64,000 bases of DNA. Origin: a virus. Its lineage: Duplodnaviria > Caudoviricetes. Location of the stretch: IMG/VR virus record IMGVR_UViG_3300042462_000200, positions 1,874 through 65,873 of that record; one strand, given 5' to 3'. Under the pieces are notes generated by a model. The model did no database searches, was not told the origin of the DNA, and saw nothing but the letters and a program-made list of their open reading frames with translations. The position numbers and the translations under genes were made by a program. Each line of letters opens with the position of its first letter. Positions within the stretch are counted from its first letter, which is position 1. Shown piece by piece: positions 37,129-45,700 of this stretch.

Positions 37129-37157
37129 AAGCAGTTTAAAGACCTGCTCAGGTCTTT
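37129..37157 (-). ncRNA. H-type pseudoknot element, copy 1
   Basis: AAAGAC-CU-GAGCA-G-GUCUUU-AAAC-UGCUU, directly 5' of the hammerhead. Confidence 0.55.
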
Positions 37158-37159
37158 TG

Positions 37160-37306
37160 TTAGCATTTAAGCTTAGCTTGCATTTCAGCTAGCATTTTAG
37201 CAAACTCTTTATCACCATCCAATGCTTTGATTCTAGCATCGTGTTCAATTTTCATTGCTAATAATTTTGCATCAACAGATGCTTGTGCTGCTTGTACTGG
37301 GTTCAT
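37160..37306 (-). CDS. Early-region small helical protein (48 aa)
   Basis: TTGGAGTATTATC-ATG RBS cassette; MNPVQAAQASVDAKLLAMKIEHDARIK...; below the track cutoff. Confidence 0.6.
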   Translation of the reverse strand: MNPVQAAQASVDAKLLAMKIEHDARIKALDGDKEFAKMLAEMQAKLKC

Positions 37307-37339
37307 GATAATACTCCAAAGTTAGTTGTTGGTACTATA

Positions 37340-37576
37340 TTATACATTGACATACAGTTGAACATACTCGCCCAACTCACGTTCTTCTAGGCTCACGATG
37401 TAGACAGACTCTTCTCTGCCTTCTATAAGACGCGCGATAGTTGCTGCCGCACCAGTGAGAAATGCAATCCCATTCAGTACGTGCCCTTTTACTTGTTCAT
37501 TTTCGAATACTACGGTGCCAGCCTCTGTAGTTCTAGTTATTGAAAATGTGTTATTGAATAATTTAATTGTGTTCAT
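37340..37576 (-). CDS. Early-region hypothetical protein
   Basis: Same RBS cassette; downstream of a motif B copy. Confidence 0.6.
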   Translation of the reverse strand: MNTIKLFNNTFSITRTTEAGTVVFENEQVKGHVLNGIAFLTGAAATIARLIEGREESVYIVSLEERELGEYVQLYVNV

Positions 37577-37616
37577 GGTAATACTCCAAATAGTTAGTTG
37601 ATTGAGGTACCTTATT

Positions 37617-37646
37617 GTACTTCATATAAGATACCATTATTCCCGC
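37617..37646 (-). promoter_or_regulatory. Motif B copy (GCGG-N8-GTATCTTATATGAAGTAC)
   Basis: Identical 18-mer plus GCGG at fixed spacing, seen three times, each upstream of an RBS. Confidence 0.7.
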
Positions 37647-37649
37647 GTT

Positions 37650-37847
37650 TTACAAAGACTCCCCATGCAGATGGGGCTGATACTCCCGGTGACCTGCACG
37701 TCCTCCGCATCCATCGCAGGACACATAGACTTCTGATAGAGTACCATTACGGTACACATTTAAAGAACAGTCTTCTACATCTAAGACTGCCGTCATAGGA
37801 CTGCCACAATCGTAGCACTCACCATAGGGTTGTGATAGAATAATCAT
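37650..37847 (-). CDS. Small Zn-ribbon protein
   Basis: CYDC...CDGC; GAGG RBS. Confidence 0.55.
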   Translation of the reverse strand: MIILSQPYGECYDCGSPMTAVLDVEDCSLNVYRNGTLSEVYVSCDGCGGRAGHREYQPHLHGESL

Positions 37848-37885
37848 TTTAAATTCCTCTTTAAAGTTAGTTGGGGTACCTTATT

Positions 37886-37915
37886 GTACTTCATATAAGA
37901 TACCCCCTTTTCCGC
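37886..37915 (-). promoter_or_regulatory. Motif B copy
   Basis: Same motif as 37617-37646. Confidence 0.7.
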
Positions 37916-37919
37916 GTTT

Positions 37920-38078
37920 TTATTTATAAGATTTTGTCAATCTTGTGCGATCCCACTTACGCACTCGTGTATACAATCTGTATTGCTCGCAGTCATCTGC
38001 AAACACATTATACAAAACATATACACAAAAGAACCCTACAGCTAGCATAGCTTCTATAAAAGGAATCCAATCGTTCAT
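37920..38078 (-). CDS. Small single-TM protein
   Basis: MNDWIPFIEAMLAVGFFCVYVLY...; ATGA-coupled. Confidence 0.45.
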   Translation of the reverse strand: MNDWIPFIEAMLAVGFFCVYVLYNVFADDCEQYRLYTRVRKWDRTRLTKSYK

Positions 38079-38374
38079 AATACTAATAATCCTTGTTGAT
38101 AGAGGTGTCCCTCTGTTAATACATTTAATTTGTAAACATCTATTTCCAGCAGCTCTAATAATGCTGTGAACGACTCTAGCCGTTGGCCATCCCAATGTAC
38201 ATGATTCCAGCTATACTGGTAATTAGCGCCAATTTTAAGACGTGCCTCAGCACTATCTAGTAGTGAGATACATTCATTATAACATTCTGACTCAAATATT
38301 TCATACTCGAAAACACTGTGTGCTCTTACTCTTACATCCGTTACCATGTCAACTATAAACATTACTGTACTCAT
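38075..38374 (-). CDS. Early-region hypothetical protein
   Basis: 99 aa, TAATG-coupled. Confidence 0.55.
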   Translation of the reverse strand: MSTVMFIVDMVTDVRVRAHSVFEYEIFESECYNECISLLDSAEARLKIGANYQYSWNHVHWDGQRLESFTALLELLEIDVYKLNVLTEGHLYQQGLLVL

Positions 38375-38769
38375 TATTTAATCCCCTGTTCTTTAAGCCA
38401 TTTCTTAATAGCTTTCTTATCTTCAAAGTTAGCAACGACGCCCGTCAAGTCTTCATATACAGTATACAAAGTATAAGTACAATCAATATTCTGTATAAAC
38501 CTGCTGTAAGCTTCATGTCCGTTGTGTCTAATAGTCATTGTAGCTGGCACATAATAATGATCAGCCCAGGGTCTCCATTGAAACAACGAATCATTTTCCT
38601 CTAAAGATTTCCAAAGGAATTCTTCTAAAGACTTGTATTCTAAGGTTGTATACATATTAAACCACTTGTGTGATCTCCACACAGGTAAAAACTCAGCCAT
38701 GTCTGCAACGATATTGCCATAAACAACAGCAACTGTTTTACGATCTTTTGTAGCAATTAATCTTAACAT
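38374..38769 (-). CDS. Early-region hypothetical protein
   Basis: TTGGAG RBS supports the ATG at 38769 (MLRLIATKD...). Confidence 0.6.
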   Translation of the reverse strand: MLRLIATKDRKTVAVVYGNIVADMAEFLPVWRSHKWFNMYTTLEYKSLEEFLWKSLEENDSLFQWRPWADHYYVPATMTIRHNGHEAYSRFIQNIDCTYTLYTVYEDLTGVVANFEDKKAIKKWLKEQGIK

Positions 38770-38793
38770 AATGTATCTCCAAAGGTTATTATA

Positions 38794-38823
38794 GTACTTC
38801 ATATAAGATACTATTATTTCCGC
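38794..38823 (-). promoter_or_regulatory. Motif B copy
   Basis: Same motif as 37617-37646; about 35 nt downstream of a motif A copy. Confidence 0.7.
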
Positions 38824-38856
38824 ATTATTAGAATTATAATACAGGGGGGACGGAGA

Positions 38857-38873
38857 AGGGTTAATTTAACGGG
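38857..38873 (-). promoter_or_regulatory. Motif A copy
   Basis: Invariant 16-mer at the head of the early region. Confidence 0.7.
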
Positions 38874-39040
38874 TTTGTTGTGCGTAAAAAACGGGTAGCA
38901 ACCAGCCACAGAACTACCCATTCTGCAACCAGAAACCACCCGTCTTGCCCCGCAACTGCCGCCCCGATCCCTCAGCCATGCCCCACGCCACGCGTGCCAC
39001 AGGCGACCAGTTTGCAAATCTGCCCCTCTCTGCCCCGTTT

Positions 39041-39559
39041 TCACTGCCCCATGCCTTCCGTGATGGTCTGAGGCCGGACGGCACGTCTGCCCCCGCTACT
39101 GGCCAAATAATGGGGGGTTTTGCGTAGCATCAGTGTACCGCGTTCTAGCCAGCCTTCTTGCGCTAAGATTCGATTAAAAGCACTCTTACTCGTAAGTATG
39201 GAATTTGTCACAACCAACTCAATTCCACGAGATGCCGCATAATCATACAAATCTTCATGTATATCCAATAACGCAGTAATAGCAGACTTACCCTTAAGTA
39301 CACATTGGTAACTAAGTACAGATAAGCACTGTCGTGAATTATATAAATATACATTATTCAGCCCTGCAGCCATCCAACCAACTGCTTTACCATCTTTTTC
39401 TATTACCCTAAAATACTCTTCTTTAGTTAAATTGGAGATTGCAGTTAATACATGCTCCTCATCTAAGCTAAATTCTGGTATCTTGCTTTGTAATGAACAC
39501 TCTAAGCCAATTTTATAATATTGTCTAAGTTCACTGTATTTTAATTTACGTATTATCAT
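39041..39559 (-). CDS. GNAT-fold-like protein
   Basis: MIIRK start, FRVIEKDGKAVGWMAA beta-hairpin, A..RG...V and ..IL...GW pattern; ATG lies after the terminator. Confidence 0.45.
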   Translation of the reverse strand: MIIRKLKYSELRQYYKIGLECSLQSKIPEFSLDEEHVLTAISNLTKEEYFRVIEKDGKAVGWMAAGLNNVYLYNSRQCLSVLSYQCVLKGKSAITALLDIHEDLYDYAASRGIELVVTNSILTSKSAFNRILAQEGWLERGTLMLRKTPHYLASSGGRRAVRPQTITEGMGQ

Positions 39560-39563
39560 GTAT

Positions 39564-39590
39564 AAAAAGGCCCCAACCGAAGTCAGGGCC
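39564..39590 (-). terminator. Intrinsic terminator with UUCG loop
   Basis: GGCCCUGAC-UUCG-GUUGGGGCC-UUUUU after phoH. Confidence 0.8.
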
Positions 39591-39600
39591 AATCTCCTTT

Positions 39601-40269
39601 TTATAAGTAAGCTTTCACAATATCTTTACAGATACCACTGCGTACAATATCATCCACATCAAAGGTAACAATACCAACCTTATTGATACCTTGTAGCCTA
39701 ACAATAGCATCAGCTAATCCTGAGTTACCTTTAATATCTTTCTGTTGTATATCACCATCAATAACAACCTTGGTATTTTCACCAATACGTGTTAAGAACA
39801 TCTTCATTTGAGCAGGCGTACAATTCTGAGCTTCATCTAATAGTATGAATGAATTCTCAAATGTACTACCTCTAATAAATGCTAATGGTCTTGCTTCAAT
39901 TATTTTACGTTTAAACAGGTAGTCTGTAAACGAATGACCTAGTCTTTTATTCAATATATCTTTTATTGGATCAATGTAGGGAGCATACTTTTCTTCTAGC
40001 TCTCCAGGTAAGAATCCAAACGATTCACCAGCTTCTACTGCAGGTCTTGTCACAATTATTTTTGATATTCGTTTACTTTGTAGTAATTGTGCAGCATACG
40101 ATAATGCTACATATGACTTTCCAGTACCGGCAACTCCAACACCAAATGTTATTATATTTGATTTGATGGAATTTAAATATCGTTTTTGTGCATCTGTTAA
40201 AAGCTCTAAGGCTTTTTCACCAGTAGGTTCAATAGTGTTTTCTTGAGTACGTCTAGGTTTTTTCGCCAT
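39601..40269 (-). CDS. phoH: PhoH-like ATPase
   Basis: G.AGTGKS, TRPAVEAGE..GFLPG, PLAFIRGSTF, LDEAQN, MFLTRIG, GD..Q.D, DIVRS. Confidence 0.97.
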   Translation of the reverse strand: MAKKPRRTQENTIEPTGEKALELLTDAQKRYLNSIKSNIITFGVGVAGTGKSYVALSYAAQLLQSKRISKIIVTRPAVEAGESFGFLPGELEEKYAPYIDPIKDILNKRLGHSFTDYLFKRKIIEARPLAFIRGSTFENSFILLDEAQNCTPAQMKMFLTRIGENTKVVIDGDIQQKDIKGNSGLADAIVRLQGINKVGIVTFDVDDIVRSGICKDIVKAYL

Positions 40270-40270
40270 A

Positions 40271-40453
40271 TTATTCAGGATCCTTTGAAGTTACGTGTCC
40301 ACCGCCTAAAATGGCAACAGATAACGCTAATATACCGTCCATTTGTTCTGGTGATAACTCTACTATTTTAAAAGCGCTTAATGATGCTAAAGTAGAGGAT
40401 ATAATACCGAACCAAGTAGATGGTTCTTTTAGTCTAGCTATTAGATAATTCAT
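40271..40453 (-). CDS. Putative holin
   Basis: 60 aa; RLKEPSTW.G motif plus two TM helices. Confidence 0.65.
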   Translation of the reverse strand: MNYLIARLKEPSTWFGIISSTLASLSAFKIVELSPEQMDGILALSVAILGGGHVTSKDPE

Positions 40454-40964
40454 AAAATGACTCATAAGTTGGTAATCCATTAATAAAATCTTCATTAGAA
40501 GGTGCTGTGTTATTAGCTAAAGCTATTTTTAATTCTTCTACTGAAATTCCCCACAACGTATCTCGCCATGCATTAAAAGCAATACTTTCAGCTTTCCATG
40601 CAGGTACAGCACTATTTGCATAAGAACAAGCATCGACTATATTATCATAATCATATTCTTTAGCCTTATCTTGTAATAAATGCTCTATAGCTGGAATAAA
40701 ATCAGATAATTCGGGTTCTTTTATTTTACTTTCTGCAAATACATTTCCATTTAATTTAAATACAGGAATTCCTGTATCTAAAAATATTTGATGTATATCT
40801 AATTCTACACTAATATCAATTCCAGTTATTTGATCTTCAAGACCACTACAAGGCCCCCAATCAATATCTGTTGTAATAACAGGCGCATCGCCATAAATTA
40901 TATGAAGATATTTTATCAAATCTTCAACATGTATTTTATCATTTGGATAAACTAAATATATCAT
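40434..40964 (-). CDS. Tail-fibre assembly-like protein
   Basis: AKEYDYDNI..ACSYANS......E..AF.AWRD..W....LP C-terminal domain, after the fibre gene. Confidence 0.65.
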   Translation of the reverse strand: MIYLVYPNDKIHVEDLIKYLHIIYGDAPVITTDIDWGPCSGLEDQITGIDISVELDIHQIFLDTGIPVFKLNGNVFAESKIKEPELSDFIPAIEHLLQDKAKEYDYDNIVDACSYANSAVPAWKAESIAFNAWRDTLWGISVEELKIALANNTAPSNEDFINGLPTYESFYELSNS

Positions 40965-40967
40965 AAA

Positions 40968-42707
40968 TTAACCATAACTATTATTAAAACAAGGATAAAA
41001 GCCATCGTCCATGCCCCATATTATATACCTATAATAAGTATTTGCACCAGCGCCCTGATTTGCTCTTGATAGTAACTTAAGAGTTAAACTACCATCAATT
41101 AGTAACAATTGTATTCTACTACCTGCAGCGAAATTAGTACCATCTGTAGTATCAGTGCTGATGTATGTAGTTGACATATATGCAGGTAAACCGCCTTTAT
41201 TCTTAAATAAAACTTCTCCTGCCATAAATGCCGAATTAGCTGAAGAAGTTGTGTAAGTGGCATTTTCATAATATCCTACAACTTGAGCAAATACTCTAAA
41301 AGCTCCTGCAGAATATGCGCCTATATTTATCTCAGTTGTGATAGTACCTGCAATAGCCTGCGTTTGTCTTAACTTCCCTTCTAACAAACATGGAAAATTA
41401 TATGATGTTCCAAACTTATTAAGTACTGCATTTCTAGGATAAGTTACGAGGCCATTATCATCTAATGTAAACGTTTCAACACTACTTGAATTAAATCCTT
41501 TAATACCGTAGGTAAAGCCTAAATTACCCATTTTGATACGTTCAACACCCGCTGAATATGTACTTATTTTAGGTACACTTGGATTTATTAAAATACCACT
41601 GGAATTACTATCTGGATTTTTATTTGCATCAAGAGTGAGACTACCGACTTTAACTACATCAGTGACAACTAATGCGCCTGTATTAGTTGTAAATGCCGCT
41701 AATGTATCTACCTTTAAATAGCTTAAATATGCATCACCCCATGTAGTTACTCCTGCAGCAGTAGTAATACCATCACATTGCCATTGTATTTTAATTGTTG
41801 TACCGTTTACCGTAACAGGCATTTGGTACCAAGTATCGACAGCTGTACCCGAATTTGTAATTGCACTATAATTTACAGTTGGTTTACCAGGTTGAGTACT
41901 TGTTAAAGTACCGCGATATACACGTACTGCTGAATCACCAGGATCTCCTTTAATGCCTACTCCTAGATCTCCTTTTTCACCTTTTATTAAAGCTGCTGCA
42001 CTCCAATTACCATATGTCGTAACAACATTAGTGGTGGCATTCAATATATTTACTTGAATACTCATCCATCTAGCAGTTGCCGTTCCATTTAATTTCCAAT
42101 CTGTTGTGTCTGCTGTAATATTATTGGCAGGTAATGCAGGAGCCGTTGCACCTGTAGCTGCGCTAAAAATATATCTTATATTACTTCCAGCGCCTGTAGC
42201 ACCTTTCGAAGACAGTAATGTCCACCATGTATTTGAAGCAGTTGCAGAGGTTGCAGGCGGTGCATTATTTTCAGTGGCTACAATACATGCCCATGAATCG
42301 CCATTAGCTGTTGATACAATATCGCCCACTACATAATCTTCTCCAGCTGAGTAAGGGCCTTTAGGCATGTTACGTGTTGCCCCTGCCTGTACACCGATAT
42401 CAGAAGCTTGCGTTATAAGACTTGATAAAGAAGTCCATTGTGGGCTTAAATACTTGTGAAAGATTTTAACAATAGGAGGTGCACTTGAAGTATCTATCCA
42501 TTGCTGGCCTTCTATCGGATTAGAGGGCGCTGTTGTGCCTGAGGCTGTAGGTCTATCGGATATAATCCAAACATCACCTGCCCATGTAGCAGTAGCCCCC
42601 GCAGGTATTATCTGCGGAGAGCTTGCCAACAAAGGATTAGTATCTGTAACTGGACTACCACTTGTATTTACCCACGAATCTCCGACCATTATATAGTCAG
42701 TTGTCAT
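40968..42707 (-). CDS. Tail fibre / receptor-binding protein
   Basis: P.NP..GQ.WIDTS, CBM-like Y.VGDIV, collagen-like KGEKGD, YLKVDTL.A. Confidence 0.7.
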   Translation of the reverse strand: MTTDYIMVGDSWVNTSGSPVTDTNPLLASSPQIIPAGATATWAGDVWIISDRPTASGTTAPSNPIEGQQWIDTSSAPPIVKIFHKYLSPQWTSLSSLITQASDIGVQAGATRNMPKGPYSAGEDYVVGDIVSTANGDSWACIVATENNAPPATSATASNTWWTLLSSKGATGAGSNIRYIFSAATGATAPALPANNITADTTDWKLNGTATARWMSIQVNILNATTNVVTTYGNWSAAALIKGEKGDLGVGIKGDPGDSAVRVYRGTLTSTQPGKPTVNYSAITNSGTAVDTWYQMPVTVNGTTIKIQWQCDGITTAAGVTTWGDAYLSYLKVDTLAAFTTNTGALVVTDVVKVGSLTLDANKNPDSNSSGILINPSVPKISTYSAGVERIKMGNLGFTYGIKGFNSSSVETFTLDDNGLVTYPRNAVLNKFGTSYNFPCLLEGKLRQTQAIAGTITTEINIGAYSAGAFRVFAQVVGYYENATYTTSSANSAFMAGEVLFKNKGGLPAYMSTTYISTDTTDGTNFAAGSRIQLLLIDGSLTLKLLSRANQGAGANTYYRYIIWGMDDGFYPCFNNSYG

Positions 42708-42709
42708 AA

Positions 42710-45700
42710 TTATACTCTAGTTGGAATTGTCGTTGATTTAATTAATTTTTTATCGTATGGACTAGCTGTTTGCCATTTCTCTGTTGTAGCGTATCTGTAA
42801 GAATATACAGGTAAATTTTGAGGTGACACTGTCTTGGCTTTAGCTAGTTTCAAATAATATAATTCAGTACTTGGCGCAGTGTTACTGGTACTGACTGCAT
42901 TTGTATTAAACACTTTAAACGGAACCCATCCGCCATTTTTAGCAAGATACAATTTATATCCACCATCAATTATATCTGATGTTAAATACAAGTTACCCTC
43001 TAATACACTAGCAGGCTTAGCATTATCAGGCCCTATCTGTAATTTTTCAGCTACTGTAGCTGATGTCCATATGCCTAAGTTGTCATCAAAGGTTACAGTA
43101 TCTCCAGCTTTAACACCAGAGATATCTTCTCCAGCTGTATTCTTCCAATAGAAGCCAGAATGGTTTGGAACAGGCTCTACTGCACTAATTACTGTTTGCG
43201 TAATACCCTTAGTCTTTGCCTCGTCAGCTGTTATAGCTTCCCAGTTAGTACCGTTAAAGACTGCAGTCACAAAGCCTTCAATGCCTGAGATAGTAGCAGT
43301 ATTAGTATTTAACCAATAATCGCCAATAACAGGAGTAGCAGGTGCTGATGTACCTTGAGTATCGCGTCTAGAATATTTTTGGCCACTTGTAATGGCCAAT
43401 GTATAAGTATCATTAAACACAATAGGAGTATTAGCAATCATAGTAATACGATTCTTAATCACACTAGTCTTGTAATTAGTTTGATAAACACTTGGCGATA
43501 TAATATGATAAGGGATAACACAAAAGTTATAGAAATTCTTTAAGTCTTGAGCACTAAGTCTAAAACTTCTTTCACTAGGTTTTACGCTAAAGAATCCGTT
43601 GGTGGCCAATTTATCTACAGCAGGCTTTGCTATATTAGCTTTACCCCCTGTTTGAAAGTCTACTAAGAACCCATCAAGTAATGCCTCATTCCCTGTATAC
43701 GTCCAAGATACAATAACATCAACATTTGTACTGTTACCCTCAAATGTTATTGGAGTTGCACTAAAAGTTACACCAGTTAGCGGATCTATCTTACTCATAT
43801 TATCTTGGTTTGATAATACAAAATCAGCCACAACATTAGAAAAACTAATATTTTGGTTGTTGTAAGCTATAGAACCATACATCACAGGCGTTGTCATTGC
43901 TTGATATAAAGCCGCATTTGCATGACTTCTCAACGGAGCTGCTTCAGCTGTTGTTAAGAAATACCTGAGATTTGCTTTCTTACCTGTTGTAAATTTCTTT
44001 CTTGGTGCTAAATACAAATCGTAAAACTGTTTAGTACTTACTTCTCTATATGGAAAAATAAATACAGTGCGATACATATCTGCAGCAACACTAGGAAATA
44101 CCACTGAGTGCGAAGTAAGAACAGTGGGCAATGCATTACCATCCAGCTCAATAAACTTGGCTAGTGGATTTATCATCATATCCGCGTACTTAGGTACGGC
44201 AATAGTACCATTTGTTTTACTCTCAGCCATTAGCAAACAAAAGCCATCAATAGAAGCAGCTTCAGGAATCCCTGTATAATCATAGTTAAAAGTAAATACA
44301 ACATCAACATTACCATTTGCATACGTTTTATTTGTATCGTAATACAAAGACATTGTAGCAGGCAAAACTGTAATAGGCACTATTGAGTTTGCATTTTTAG
44401 CATTAAAATCAGCTACACTTTCATATAGTGATGTTGTAGAAACAGTGTTTCCATTGTCTAACAAAATACTATTTGCAGCAATTGTAATAGCATCTGTATA
44501 ATTGCTAAGTGATAGATTCTCATGTGTTCTATAAACGCTTGACACAACATACGTATTAAGTTTCTTACTTGTATTATACACAACATTTGCAGCTGTTACA
44601 TTTTTCTTAGTAACAACTCCACTAGAAACTTCTCTGAACCCAACTATAAACATTGTACGGTGAGTTCTAGCTTTTGCGTCACTTACTCTGACATAGTAAT
44701 TCTTAACTTGGTAAGAATCTACAACAAAGCTTTTAGCATCAATTATAATTTTATATGGATCATCATAGATTTGCTGCGCTGTAGGTGCTACTATAGGCAG
44801 TGATGCTTCTGCAACCTCACGTTGTACTAGCCAAAACCCATCAATAGAGTTATCAAGGCTAGCTGCTTGGTTAGTCGTTGGATTTGGGTTCTGATCCTTA
44901 AAGTGTACTATGTAATCAATATTACCATTTTTATTTAATGTACTATCATATGTAATTACAGGAACATTTGCGCCCGGGTTATAAGGAGCCAAAGGTACAT
45001 TAACACTGCGATCATTAACTGTTTGAAAGTTAATAGATACATCATAAATATCTGAAGTGGTAATAGTATTTGTACCCACTTTAAACTGGTCACCGGCTAA
45101 TGTTATGAATTCTTTCCATCTCTCAAGTGTAGCTGTTGTGTTTAATTTAACAATATCAGTAGCAAAGAAATATGTTGTACTTAAACCTTTCTTTATAAAC
45201 TTCTTGAAGTTAACTTTGTTAGCTCCAACACCATAAGCAGGTGCCTTATCATAAGTTGCCTTATCAACAACCCTATACGCAAATAAGTAAATATTACGAT
45301 ACTTGGTTGCCTTGCGCTCATCAAAACTAGCACTATAGTTTCTAACGGCAGATACATCAACATTAGTATGGCTGTTGACATCAATAAATATAGTTCCTAG
45401 GTCTGTTGCCATTACATCAGGCGCTAACGCTTTGATACTACTGCTTAATGCAGAATCCGAAACAAGCTCTAACATTGCAAATCCATCTATATCTTCGACA
45501 GGCTTTGCTGCGTCATTTGTAGGAATACTAAAATTTACTACAAAATCTACGTTACCAGACGAAGAAGAAGTATCGTCATAGACAATTCCTGGCGTTGCAA
45601 ACGTAGGCACTAATAAACTTTTTACAGAAGTATTATTCTTACTATTAAAGTCTTGTATATTGGCAGACATATCTGATAAAGCAAACAATGTACCGTCAGC

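Noticed and set aside
37053-37166. N-terminal extension of track ORF 36876..37166
   Set aside because: Overlaps the ribozyme and pseudoknot; the RBS cassette places the start at 37052
37600-38830. CRISPR array interpretation of the motif B repeats
   Set aside because: Only three copies at irregular 270-900 nt spacing, separated by ORFs; no cas genes
38814-39127. Short ORFs on both strands in the GC island (also 17752-17934)
   Set aside because: Open frames are expected from high GC; composition is unlike the other genes and there is no RBS
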